Below, one piece after another: positions 37,355 to 47,282 of a stretch of DNA of 64,000 nucleotides. The stretch is from the NCBI GenBank assembly GCA_019244185.1, contig JAFATB010000022.1:352001-416000 (forward strand), given 5' to 3'. Positions within the stretch are counted from its first letter, which is position 1. Every line of letters begins with the position of its first letter. The notes under the pieces were generated by a model. That model ran no database searches and was not told where the DNA came from. It worked only from the letters and a program-made list of their open reading frames with translations. Position numbers and translations under genes: made by a program. This DNA comes from Acidobacteriota bacterium (lineage in GTDB: Bacteria > Acidobacteriota > Thermoanaerobaculia > Gp7-AA8).

Positions 37355-40027
37355 ATGGCTGGACATTGGTCAGGCGACGATTTGCGCCGCTTTCTCGAGG
37401 TGCGGCAGGAGTTCTTTCTCGACCCGATGGGAAGCAACAAGGCACGATTTCTCGAAGCCGCGCAGCTTCTCCAGCAAGCGTTGTTTGACTGGTATACGCA
37501 GCCGTCGCGAACGTTTGCAGGCATGTTGTCGTTCGTCACCGCTCATGCCGAAACGTGGTCGCAGATGCGCAAAGAGGAGCGTCGCACACTGATGCAACGC
37601 CGCTTCGCGTTGAACAACGCTGTCCCCGATACGCCTGCGGTCGAGAGCAGCGTTTCTGAAAATCAGTGGCAGCGGATTTTCGGATCGCTTGGGTTGGGAC
37701 TCGGGGACCCGGGCACATTCGACCGCTTTCTTGTGCAGCTGGACGAGGAAACCAATCCGAGCCTACGCATCAATCATCGTTACCTTGGCGAGCTTTTGCC
37801 GCACGACAACATGATCAGTTACCTGTCGTCGATGCTCGCGACGTTTCTCAATGAGAATGCGATCATCGGCAAGGCGTCGCCTTGCGTGACGCATATGGAG
37901 ATGGCGGCCGTGCGCTGGCTGCTCAATCTCGTCGGCTGGGATGGCCAGTTCCGCATCAACGGGCAGGCAACGCAGATTCCGCTGCAGCGTCTGCCGATTG
38001 CTCCGTCGCCGAATCAACATTTCCAACGCTGGGATGCGGAAGAGCCGACCGGCGCCATTGTGGCCGGCGGCACCATCGCGAACATCAGCGCGCTACTCGT
38101 CGCGCGGAACGCTGTCTTCGACTATCTCCTCGGCTTGCAGGGCGCCGTCCAGACGCTCGGTCCGGGCGTGGCCTGGGAGGCGATTCAAAAGGCGTGGGGC
38201 TACCGTCGGATGGTCGTCCTCACCTCGCTGGGAACGCATTACTCGGTCAAGAAAGCAGCATTGCAAGCTGGCATTCCGCCTGCCAATGTTATCGAAATCG
38301 CAGGCTCGCAAAACCCCTGGGTGCTGGATGTCGGCGCGTTCCGCGCCAAGATCGAAACCCTGCAGCCCAGCGATCTCGTGGTGGCCGTGGTGCTCATCGC
38401 CGGCAAGACCGAGACCGGCTATGTCGACGAGATTGGTGCGATTGCGAACGCGCTCGATGCCTATGCGGAACAGGACGAAAGCAGCCGAACCTTGCCGGCG
38501 TATCACACGATCGCGCCGCGTCTGCAGGAGCATTGGGACGCGATTTGCGGCCTGATTCAGGCCAATCTTTTGGACTCGGAAAAAGCCCTTCAGCAGATCA
38601 CAACGCTGCGGCAGGCGAATGCTGCCGCAAAATCGACCGCGACGCTCTATGCTGATCTGGCACTCGGCGGTCAGAACGAAGTGGTAGGGTCCCGGCACAA
38701 TCGCCTGTTTCTGCACGTTGATGCCGCTCATGGTGGTGGCTATCTGACCGTGCCGGAATTGCGCCATTCGGTGTTTTCCGGCATCGAGCATGCGGACACG
38801 ATTACGATCGACGGTCACAAGTCGTTTTATTGCTATTACCCGTGCGGCGGAGTATTGATCCGAACGACGCGATGGGCGCAGACGCTTACGACCGGTCACA
38901 GCGACTATATCAGCGAGGAAACGAATTACGAGGCGTATCCGGAAACAGCCGCGGTGTTCGAGCGGCTGCGCGGCGAGCAAAAGCAATTCGAGCAGGGAAA
39001 ATTGCGTCCGCTCAACCTTCAGATCCGGCAACGTCATCTCGACGAAATCGCCGCATGGCATTCGCTGGCGCGGCGTTCGCTCGGCGAAAGCCGATCGGAA
39101 CTGACGCATCAGCCCTTCAATCAGTACCTGGAGGGTTCCCGCGGCGCGCAGGGGATCATGCAGTTGTATTTCAATCTCGCGACGCTCGGATTGCGCGGCT
39201 ATCAGTCCATTCTCGAATGGACCTGTTTATTGCGCAGTCGATGCGAAGAAGCGATCTCTCTGGGAATGTCCGATCTCCGCCCAGTGACAGATCTTCCACT
39301 CCCGGCGAGCTTGTATGCGACGGACAAGAGTTGGGCGATTGCGACGGCGACGCTGCAGCCGGAAGACATCGGGCGGGACGTGCCGGAGGCGGTCGTGCCG
39401 ATCGCCGGTGGACGGTTTTTGCGACTGAGCGCGGGAAATTGTAACCAGGTGTTGCTCACGTACATCCCTGCGCATGAGGCCAAGCTGATCGTCTCCGCTG
39501 ACACGCAGTATTGGAGCGAGGAGATCGGTGGCCAGTCACGAATCCGAACCACAATGGAGTACCTGTGGCGGGTGAACGAACAGCTCTGGAATGAGCACGT
39601 CTATGCGAATCCGAATTTCACGTATTACGTGGGGCACACCGCACTCGAAATGAAGCTTCCGTATGCGTTGGTCAAAGATGACGATGAGCCGCGCAAGAAG
39701 GAGTTCGTGAAGATGCTGGCGGCGTGGAATGCATGGAGTCGTTGGCCGGAAGCACGTGAAACAGGTTTCTTCCGCGCGCTTGCGGAGGCGGTGAAGGCGG
39801 ATGAACCGGTGCAAAAGCGAAAGAATGAACCGGAGAACTCGCACAGTCGAAAGCGCGTCCAGAGCGTCTTGAAGTTCTTCTGCCACAAGATCATCCTCAT
39901 GCATCCGTTCACCGACGAATCACTGGTTGGCGACATGCTGCGGCGAATGGCCTTCTGGGGAGAAATCAGCGTCCGCGATGTCCGCACAGCGGACGCGGCG
40001 GCGAAGGTGCTCCGCGGACTTCAGTGA
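37355..40027 (+). CDS. Group II PLP-dependent amino acid decarboxylase, enlarged (890 aa)
   Basis: GGTIANISAL, HYSVKKAA, GKTETGYVD, HVDAAHGG, TIDGHK (PLP Lys), LEGSR; GGAGG RBS. Confidence 0.85.
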   Translation: MAGHWSGDDLRRFLEVRQEFFLDPMGSNKARFLEAAQLLQQALFDWYTQPSRTFAGMLSFVTAHAETWSQMRKEERRTLMQRRFALNNAVPDTPAVESSVSENQWQRIFGSLGLGLGDPGTFDRFLVQLDEETNPSLRINHRYLGELLPHDNMISYLSSMLATFLNENAIIGKASPCVTHMEMAAVRWLLNLVGWDGQFRINGQATQIPLQRLPIAPSPNQHFQRWDAEEPTGAIVAGGTIANISALLVARNAVFDYLLGLQGAVQTLGPGVAWEAIQKAWGYRRMVVLTSLGTHYSVKKAALQAGIPPANVIEIAGSQNPWVLDVGAFRAKIETLQPSDLVVAVVLIAGKTETGYVDEIGAIANALDAYAEQDESSRTLPAYHTIAPRLQEHWDAICGLIQANLLDSEKALQQITTLRQANAAAKSTATLYADLALGGQNEVVGSRHNRLFLHVDAAHGGGYLTVPELRHSVFSGIEHADTITIDGHKSFYCYYPCGGVLIRTTRWAQTLTTGHSDYISEETNYEAYPETAAVFERLRGEQKQFEQGKLRPLNLQIRQRHLDEIAAWHSLARRSLGESRSELTHQPFNQYLEGSRGAQGIMQLYFNLATLGLRGYQSILEWTCLLRSRCEEAISLGMSDLRPVTDLPLPASLYATDKSWAIATATLQPEDIGRDVPEAVVPIAGGRFLRLSAGNCNQVLLTYIPAHEAKLIVSADTQYWSEEIGGQSRIRTTMEYLWRVNEQLWNEHVYANPNFTYYVGHTALEMKLPYALVKDDDEPRKKEFVKMLAAWNAWSRWPEARETGFFRALAEAVKADEPVQKRKNEPENSHSRKRVQSVLKFFCHKIILMHPFTDESLVGDMLRRMAFWGEISVRDVRTADAAAKVLRGLQ

Positions 40028-40054
40028 CTTCGGTCGCTGTGGCAACTCGTCCGC

Positions 40055-41554
40055 TCACTCACCGGCCGCTTGCTCCTCTTCCGGCGTGAGCGGTTTCATC
40101 AGCGGGAACCACACCACGTCGCGCAGGTTCGGCGCGTCGGTGAGGAGCGCGACAAAGCGGTCGATGCCCATGCCCCAGCCGGAGATCGGCGGCATGCCGA
40201 ATTCCATCGCGGTGAGGTAGTCCTCGTCGACCGGCATCGCTTCATCATCTCCTTTTTTCCGCAGTTCCGCCTGATCCTCGAAGCGGCGGCGCTGGTCGAG
40301 CGGGTCGACGAGCTCGGAGTAGGCGTTGATGACTTCCCACGTGTCGACGACGAGCTGGAAGCGGTCGACGGCGGCGGGGTTCGCGTCGTTGCGGCGCGCG
40401 AGCGGGGAGAGGTCGACGGGATGGCCGACGATGAACGTCGGCTGGATGAGTTTCGGACGCGCGGTGCGCTTGTAGAGCTGGTCGATGAGACTGCCGCGGC
40501 CCGCGGTCGGATTGTCGAGGTCGACCTTCGCGGCGAAGATCGCGGCGCGGAGCGAGTCGGCGTCGGCGTGCGCGTCGATGTCGATGCCGCTGTTCTCGAG
40601 GATGACGTCGGCGAGCCGTTTGCGCGGCCACGGCTGCGCGAAGTCGATCGTGTGGCCGCCGCGCTCGATCTGCAGCGTGCCGACGGCTTCCTGGATGGCG
40701 TGACGGAGGAGGTCCTCCGTGAACGTCATGTTGTCCTCGTAGTTCCAGTACGCGGCGTAGTACTCCAGCATCGTGAATTCCTGGAGGTGCGACGCGGCGA
40801 GTCCCTCGTTGCGGAAGCAGCGCGCGAACTCGTAGACGCGGTCGTAGCCGCCGACGACGAGGCGCTTGAGGTACGTCTCCGGCGCGATGCGGAGGACGAC
40901 GTCCATGTCGAGGGCGTTGTGGTGCGAGAAGAACGGCCGCGCCAGCGCGCCCGACTGCTGCGTGTTGAGGATCGGCGTTTCGACCTCGACGAAGCCGCTG
41001 CGGTTGAGGAAGTCGCGGATCGCGTTGACGCTCTTCGTGCGGATGCGGAAGCGCTCGCGCGTCTCCTCGTTCGAGACGAGGTCGAGGTAGCGCTTGCGCC
41101 AGTTCGTCTCGACGTCCTTGACGCCCTGGTATTTGTTCGGCGGCGGCTGGAGCGTCTTGCCGAGCATGACCCAGTCGTGGACGCGGATGGTCAGCTCGCC
41201 TTTGTCGGTGTGGTACATCTCACCGTCGACGCCGAGGAAATCCCAGCGGTCGACGTACTTCGTGAAGAGCTCGTACTTGTGGCGGCTCTTTTCGGGATCG
41301 GCGTCGAGCTGATCGCGGATGAGCGCGAGCTGGATGTGCCCGTCGAAGTCTTCGAGCGTGGCGAAGGTGAGCTTGCCGAAGCGGCGGAGCTGACCGACGC
41401 GGCCGGCGGCGCGGACGTGCGTGCCGTCGGGGAGCGCCATGATCTCGCGGAGCGTATGCGTGCGCGCGAAGCGGTCGGGATGCACTTGCAGGCCTTCGCG
41501 CTCGAGGGCCGCGCGCTTCTCGATCCTGACCTCGCGTAAGGACTGTTCGGCCAT
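40055..41554 (-). CDS. lysS: Lysine--tRNA ligase class II
   Basis: OB anticodon domain, EVETPIL, RIAPE, FRNEG, EFTMLEYY, GMPP..GMGIDR. Confidence 0.93.
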   Translation of the reverse strand: MAEQSLREVRIEKRAALEREGLQVHPDRFARTHTLREIMALPDGTHVRAAGRVGQLRRFGKLTFATLEDFDGHIQLALIRDQLDADPEKSRHKYELFTKYVDRWDFLGVDGEMYHTDKGELTIRVHDWVMLGKTLQPPPNKYQGVKDVETNWRKRYLDLVSNEETRERFRIRTKSVNAIRDFLNRSGFVEVETPILNTQQSGALARPFFSHHNALDMDVVLRIAPETYLKRLVVGGYDRVYEFARCFRNEGLAASHLQEFTMLEYYAAYWNYEDNMTFTEDLLRHAIQEAVGTLQIERGGHTIDFAQPWPRKRLADVILENSGIDIDAHADADSLRAAIFAAKVDLDNPTAGRGSLIDQLYKRTARPKLIQPTFIVGHPVDLSPLARRNDANPAAVDRFQLVVDTWEVINAYSELVDPLDQRRRFEDQAELRKKGDDEAMPVDEDYLTAMEFGMPPISGWGMGIDRFVALLTDAPNLRDVVWFPLMKPLTPEEEQAAGE

Positions 41555-41596
41555 TGCGGTGCCGGAGGATAGCAGAGCGTGAATAATGGCGCGCGC

Positions 41597-42823
41597 ATGA
41601 ACATCGAGGCCATTCGAGCTGCCTTTCCCGCGCTGCAGCGCGTCCACAACGGCCAGCCGGTCGCGTACTTCGACGCGCCCGGCGGAACGCAGGTGCCGCG
41701 CGCGGTCGCCGAGGCGATGACGGACTATCTCTTTCATCACAACGCGAACACGCACTGGTCGTATCCGACGAGCGCGGAGACCGACGCGATCATCGCGAAC
41801 GCGCGCGCGGCGATGGCGGACCTGCTGAACGCGCGGCCGGACGAGATCGCGTTCGGCGCGAACATGACCACGCTTACGTTTCACCTCGCGCGGGCGCTGG
41901 GGCGGACGTGGGACGACGGGGACGAGGTCATCGTCACCGAGCTCGATCATCACGCGAACGTCGCGCCGTGGCGCGCGCTGTCGATCGACCGCGGGATCGT
42001 GGTGAAGATGGCGCGGCTGATTCCGGAGACGATGCAGCTCGACTACGAGCATCTCGCCTCGCTGGTGACGGAGCGGACGAAGCTCATCGCGGCCGGCGGC
42101 GCGTCGAACGCGATCGGCACGATCAACGACCTGCAGCGCATCGCGAAGCTGGCGCGCGATGCGAACGCGCTCTTCTTCGTCGATGCCGTGCACTTGACGC
42201 CGCACGAGCTCGTCGATGTCGAGGCCATCGGCTGCGATTTTCTGGCGTGCTCGTCGTACAAGTTCTACGGTCCGCACGCGGGGATTCTCTTCGGACGTTT
42301 CGGCTTGCTCGACGTGCTGCCGTTCCCGAAGCTCGCGCCCGCGCCGGACCGCGCGCCGGAGCGCGTCGAGACGGGGACGCAGAATCACGAGGGGATCGCG
42401 GGGATCGCGGCGACGGTCGACTTTCTCGCGTCGCTTGGTGGTGACGGCGGGGACAATGCCTGTACAAGGCGCGAGCGGCTGACGCGCGCGTACGCGTCGC
42501 TGCACGAGAGCGGCCTGCGGCTGACGCGGATGTTGTGGGATGCGCTGACGTCGATGAAGCACGTGCGCGTGTTCGGTCCGCCGCCGACGCAGCCGCGCAC
42601 GCCGACGCTGTCGTTCACGATCGAAGGCGCCGACTGCCACGACGTCGCGCGGGTGCTCGCAGAACGTGCGCTCTTCGCGAGCAGCGGCGACTTTTACGCG
42701 ACGACGGTCTGCGAGCGGCTGGCGCTCGAGTCGCTCGTGCGCGTCGGCTGCGGCTGCTACACGACGGCGGACGAAGTGCAGCGGCTCATCGACGCGGTCG
42801 AACGGCTCCGGATCTTGCAGTAG
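41597..42823 (+). CDS. Cysteine desulfurase-like class V PLP enzyme (subfamily without the persulfide Cys)
   Basis: YFDAPGGTQVP, LDHHAN, CSSYKFYGPH, ETGT; SSGDFYA where SufS has RAGHHCA. Confidence 0.88.
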   Translation: MNIEAIRAAFPALQRVHNGQPVAYFDAPGGTQVPRAVAEAMTDYLFHHNANTHWSYPTSAETDAIIANARAAMADLLNARPDEIAFGANMTTLTFHLARALGRTWDDGDEVIVTELDHHANVAPWRALSIDRGIVVKMARLIPETMQLDYEHLASLVTERTKLIAAGGASNAIGTINDLQRIAKLARDANALFFVDAVHLTPHELVDVEAIGCDFLACSSYKFYGPHAGILFGRFGLLDVLPFPKLAPAPDRAPERVETGTQNHEGIAGIAATVDFLASLGGDGGDNACTRRERLTRAYASLHESGLRLTRMLWDALTSMKHVRVFGPPPTQPRTPTLSFTIEGADCHDVARVLAERALFASSGDFYATTVCERLALESLVRVGCGCYTTADEVQRLIDAVERLRILQ

Positions 42824-42835
42824 GATGCGTCTCGT

Positions 42836-43468
42836 ATGGCGAAGCGACCCACGAACGAGCCCGAGCCGCAGTCATCCCGCACGAGTCTGATCATCCTCTC
42901 CGCCGGCGCGATCGTCGTCATGGCCATCGTCGGCTGGGCGCTGACGCGCAGCGTGACGCCGTCGGTGCCCGATGCGCCGACGCTGACGGGCACGACGGTC
43001 GATTCGTCGACGTCCGTCGCGACGACGGCGCCCTCATCCACCGCGACGTCACCGACCGGCACGCTGCCGCCGCTCACCACGGCCGCGAACACGCCGACGG
43101 CGGACGAGCGGGTCATGGATACCGAGGAAGATAAGCGGAACGTGCCGCGCATCGCGGTCGAGGATCTGATTGGCAAAGTCAAACGCGGCGAGGTGACGGT
43201 GATCGACGTGCGCGATGAGGCGTCGTTCTTCCGCGGGCACATTCCGGGCGCGCTGCACATTCCGCTCGCCAGCGTCGAGAGCCAGCTCGCGGCCATTCCG
43301 CGCGGGAAGCCGATCGTCACGTACTGTACGTGACCCAACGAAGAATCGAGCGCCGGTGCGGCGCTCATCCTGCAGCACAACGGCGTCCAGAACGTTTCCG
43401 CGCTGGCCGGCGGCTTCCACGCCTGGCAGAACATGGGGCAGACGGTGGCCACCGGAACGGCGCAGTAA
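42836..43468 (+). CDS. Membrane-anchored rhodanese-domain selenoprotein (TGA 43331-43333 read as Sec, CxU motif), 210 aa
   Basis: IDVRD..GHIPGA..IVTYCT[TGA]PNEESSAGAALIL..VSALAGGFHAW completes the domain in frame; hairpin directly after TGA. Confidence 0.88.
43345..43368 (+). promoter_or_regulatory. Bacterial SECIS-like stem-loop
   Basis: at(c)gagcgcc-ggtgc-ggcgctc-at; loop G 22 nt after UGA, bulged pyrimidine. Confidence 0.75.
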
Positions 43469-43486
43469 TCGCAGCGCAGTGGCGGC

Positions 43487-43894
43487 GTGTTTACGCTCGT
43501 TCCGCACATCGCTGACGTTCGCGTGCTCTTGCGCGCGGCGACGCTGGAAGCGCTCTTCGCCGACGCCGTCTTCGGCATGTACGCGGTGATGCGCGACGAG
43601 GAGACGACCAGCAACACGTCGCCGGTGACGCGCACGATCGCCGTCGACGACTCCGCCGATACGACCGCGCTCCTCGTCGATTTCCTCAATGAAGTCCTGC
43701 ACCGCGCGCACGTCGCGCGCGAGCGCTTCACGCATGTCGCGTTCACGCGCTTCGAGGAGCGCTCGCTCACCGCGGAGCTCACCGGCATCGCACCCGCATC
43801 GTTCGAAGAGGACGTGAAGGCGGTGACGTATCACGAGGCCGACGTGCGCCGCGACGGCGACGACTGGACGACGATGCTCGTGTTCGACCTATGA
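43487..43894 (+). CDS. Archease
   Basis: HIADV, LLVDFLNEVL, DVKAVTYH, C-terminal VFDL. Confidence 0.93.
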   Translation: MFTLVPHIADVRVLLRAATLEALFADAVFGMYAVMRDEETTSNTSPVTRTIAVDDSADTTALLVDFLNEVLHRAHVARERFTHVAFTRFEERSLTAELTGIAPASFEEDVKAVTYHEADVRRDGDDWTTMLVFDL

Positions 43895-45276
43895 AGAAAT
43901 CGGATTTCGAAAAGCTCGACGAGTTCCTGTGGGAGATCCCGCAGACCCACCGCGGCGACATGCGCGTGCCGGCGCGCGTCTACGCGACCGAGGAGATGCT
44001 CGACTCGATCGTGCGCGACCGGTCGCTCGAGCAGCTGGTCAACGTGGCCACGCTGCCGGGCATTCAGAAGTACGCCATCGCGATGCCGGACGTGCACGAG
44101 GGCTACGGCTTTCCGATCGGCGGCGTGGCCGCGGTCGATGCGCGCGACGGCGTCGTGTCGCCCGGCGGCATCGGCTACGACATCAACTGCGGCGTGCGCC
44201 TGCTGCGCGCGTCGACGTCGTTCTCCGAAGTCGAGCCGCGCCTCGGGAAGCTCGCGCATTCGATCGCGCGCGAGGTGCCGTCCGGCGTCGGCCGCGGCGG
44301 CGCGCTGAAACTCAACGCGACCGACTTCGAGCTCGTGCTGCGCGACGGCGCGTCGCGCGCGATCGAGATGGGCTACGGCACTGCCGATGACGTCGCGCAC
44401 ATCGAGTCGAACGGGAAACTCGACGGCGCGGAGCCGCATCTCGTCTCCGGCGCGGCGCGCGAGCGCGGACACGACCAGCTCGGCACCATCGGCTCCGGCA
44501 ACCATTTCGTCGAGATCGATCGCGTCGACACCGTCTACGACGCCGACGAAGCGTCGCGCCTCGGCATCGCTTTCAACTCCCTCGTCGTGCAGATCCACAC
44601 CGGTTCCCGCGGGCTCGGCCACCAGGTCGCCACCGACTCGCTGCGCGTCATGACCAAGGTGATGGCGCAGTACGGCATCGAGGTCGCGGATCGCGAGCTC
44701 GCCTGCGCGCCGCTGTCGTCGAGGGAAGGGCAGAAGTACCTCGCCGCGATGGCCGCCGCCGCGAACTTCGCGTTCGCGAATCGGCAGGTGATCACCGCCG
44801 GCATCCGCCGCGCGTGGCAGCGCGAGTTTCCCGACGACCCGGTCGCAATCGTCTACGACGTCGCGCACAACGTCGCGAAGGTCGAGCGCTACGGCGACGC
44901 GGACGTCGTCGTGCACCGCAAGGGCGCCACGCGCGCGTTTCCGGGACAGCCGGTGCTGATCCCCGGCAGCATGGGCACGGCGTCGTACCTGCTCGTCGGG
45001 CAGGACGCGTCGATGACGCAGACGTTCGGCTCGAGCTGCCACGGGGCGGGACGGATGATGTCGCGCACGCGCGCGCGAAACGAGATCAACGCCGAAGAGC
45101 TGCGCGGGCGGTTGCGCAAGCTCGGCATCGTCGCCGAGGCGGGATCGTCGAAGGGGCTCGTTGAAGAAGCACCGGAGGCGTACAAGGACATCGACGCGGT
45201 GGTCGATGTCGTCGCGCGCGCGGGCATCGCGAAGAAAGTCGCGCGCTTCGTGCCGATTGCGGTGATCAAGGGCTGA
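43891..45276 (+). CDS. rtcB: RNA ligase RtcB
   Basis: MPDVHEGYGFPIG, DINCG, GSGNHF, HTGSRG, HNVAK, HGAGR. Confidence 0.96.
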   Translation: MKKSDFEKLDEFLWEIPQTHRGDMRVPARVYATEEMLDSIVRDRSLEQLVNVATLPGIQKYAIAMPDVHEGYGFPIGGVAAVDARDGVVSPGGIGYDINCGVRLLRASTSFSEVEPRLGKLAHSIAREVPSGVGRGGALKLNATDFELVLRDGASRAIEMGYGTADDVAHIESNGKLDGAEPHLVSGAARERGHDQLGTIGSGNHFVEIDRVDTVYDADEASRLGIAFNSLVVQIHTGSRGLGHQVATDSLRVMTKVMAQYGIEVADRELACAPLSSREGQKYLAAMAAAANFAFANRQVITAGIRRAWQREFPDDPVAIVYDVAHNVAKVERYGDADVVVHRKGATRAFPGQPVLIPGSMGTASYLLVGQDASMTQTFGSSCHGAGRMMSRTRARNEINAEELRGRLRKLGIVAEAGSSKGLVEEAPEAYKDIDAVVDVVARAGIAKKVARFVPIAVIKG

Positions 45277-45401
45277 CGCCGACGCGTCGCGGCGCGTTTG
45301 CGCGCATCGCAAAAGTTGCTGTCACCCCTTGCGCATCGGGCTTTCCGGCCTTATGTCTGTACCACTCGCCTTAATTGGGTCCAGACAAACGGGAGGCTTC
45401 G

Positions 45402-47264
45402 ATGCGCTCAAGGGGATTCCTGTTCACGTTGGGATTGGTGTCTTTGTGCGCGGCACTGTCCGCGCAGCCGGTGCGGCCGCGGATTCCGGTGCTCGACGGG
45501 CCGGCCAGCGGGCAACGCACGATCAACCTGCCCGGAGGCGTGCCGCTCGTGCTCGAACGCGCGACGACCGCGTGCGCGGGCGGCGGGACGTGCTGGGTCG
45601 CGCGCGATCCGCTGACTTATCGGCAATGGTTCGCGATCATGGGCACGTCGCGCTTTCCCGACGTGGCGCCGCAGGAGCTCGATCGTCCGATCGAGTCGCT
45701 GACGCCGGCCGACGTCTCGGGCGACAAAGGCTTTCTCGCCGCGCTGGCGGCGTATCAGGAGAAGTTCCCCGGCGACGCGCCGATGAAGTTCGGCGGACCG
45801 GTCACACCGCTGCCGCAGGCACAGGCAAATAGCACCGGCGTGCACATCACCGCGACGATGGCCTCGAACAAGTCGCTGCAGCCGATCACCGACGCCGCGT
45901 GCACGTTCGGCGGCGCGAGCGGCATCTCGTGCGGCCAGACGCGCTCCGGCTCGCTGTCCGTCTCCGACTGCACGCTCGGCGACGGCTCGTACGCGGACGT
46001 CTACTCCTTCAGCGGCACGTCCGGTGAGCAGGTGACGATCAACCTCTCGTCGACGGCCTTCGATACCTATCTCCTGCTCTACGACCCGTCGGGAAGTCTG
46101 GCCATGACCGACGACGACAGCGGACCGGGTCTGAACTCGCAGATCGCGTACACGCTGACGGCGACCGGCACGTGGTACATCGTCGCGAACTCGCTGCACG
46201 CCGGCGACACCGGCGCGTACGACGTGCTGCTGAGCTGCGACAACGGCAACACGAACTGCAACGTCGGCACGACCTCGTGCGGCGCCACCGTCTCCGGCGC
46301 GCTGTCGACGTCCGACTGCCAGCTCAGCGATGGTTCGTATGTTGACTTCTATCAGTTCTCCGGCACGGCCGGCACGACGGTGACGATCGATCTCTCGTCG
46401 AGCGCGTTCGACACCTACCTCGTGCTGCTCGATCCCAACGCCAACCTGGCCGCGTTCGACGACGACAGCGGCGGCGCGCTCAACTCGCGAATCGTCTACA
46501 CGTTGACCAGTTCGGGGAACTGGGTCATCGGCGCGAACTCGCTGCACGGCGGCGCGACCGGCGGCTATTCGCTGCACACGAGTTGCGGCAACCCGACCTC
46601 GTCGTGCACATACACGCTCGGCAGCTCGTCGGCGTCGTACGGCTCGGGCGGCGGCAGCGGCAGCGTGCAGGTGAGCGGCTCGCCGTCGAACTGCACCGGC
46701 AGCTGGAGCAGCATCAGCAACGCCTCGTGGCTGGGCATCACCAGCGGCTCCGGCGGCTCCGGCGCGGGACCGTTCACGCTGAACTACTCGGTCGGCTCGA
46801 ACAGCTCGTCGTCGTCGCGCAACGGCTCGATGACCGTCGCCGGCCACACGTTCACGGTCACGCAGTCGGGGCAGTCGACCGGCGTCTGCACGCCGAGCTC
46901 GACGCGCGCGTGCCTGCTCAACGGACGCTTCGCCGCGACGGTGCGCTTCCGCGGCGGCTTCGACAACGGCTCGGCCGACACGAACGCGTTCGTCAAATCG
47001 GTGAGCGGCTTCGCCAGCCCCAACTTCGAGACCGCGTTCTTCTACTTCAACAGCGACAACAACATCGAGATGCTGCTCAAGATGCTCGATCAGGGGAACA
47101 CCGATGGCGCCGGACATCCGACCATCGCGGTGCTGTTCGGCACGGCAACGCCGCTGCGCATCGAGCTGTCGATCACCGATACGCAGACCGGCATCACGCG
47201 CACGTATTCGAGCGACTTCAGCGCGATGCGCGGCGTGACCGACTTCACCGCTTTCCTCAAGTGA
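45402..47264 (+). CDS. Secreted protein with two tandem PPC-like domains, BACON domain and a distinct C-terminal domain
   Basis: Signal peptide; repeated DC.L.DGSY.D.Y.FSG..FDTYL.L.DP..DDDSG..NS.I; SNASWL..RNG.MTVAG..FTVTQ. Confidence 0.85.
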   Translation: MRSRGFLFTLGLVSLCAALSAQPVRPRIPVLDGPASGQRTINLPGGVPLVLERATTACAGGGTCWVARDPLTYRQWFAIMGTSRFPDVAPQELDRPIESLTPADVSGDKGFLAALAAYQEKFPGDAPMKFGGPVTPLPQAQANSTGVHITATMASNKSLQPITDAACTFGGASGISCGQTRSGSLSVSDCTLGDGSYADVYSFSGTSGEQVTINLSSTAFDTYLLLYDPSGSLAMTDDDSGPGLNSQIAYTLTATGTWYIVANSLHAGDTGAYDVLLSCDNGNTNCNVGTTSCGATVSGALSTSDCQLSDGSYVDFYQFSGTAGTTVTIDLSSSAFDTYLVLLDPNANLAAFDDDSGGALNSRIVYTLTSSGNWVIGANSLHGGATGGYSLHTSCGNPTSSCTYTLGSSSASYGSGGGSGSVQVSGSPSNCTGSWSSISNASWLGITSGSGGSGAGPFTLNYSVGSNSSSSSRNGSMTVAGHTFTVTQSGQSTGVCTPSSTRACLLNGRFAATVRFRGGFDNGSADTNAFVKSVSGFASPNFETAFFYFNSDNNIEMLLKMLDQGNTDGAGHPTIAVLFGTATPLRIELSITDTQTGITRTYSSDFSAMRGVTDFTAFLK

Positions 47265-47282
47265 CCGATTTCGCGCATGACG

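Noticed and set aside
37230-40054. Decarboxylase as a bounded mobile element
   Set aside because: No flanking direct or inverted repeats and no transposase visible
45900-46580. Tandem DNA repeat as a CRISPR array or DGR template/variable pair
   Set aside because: In-frame PPC domain duplication; no spacers and no reverse transcriptase in the window
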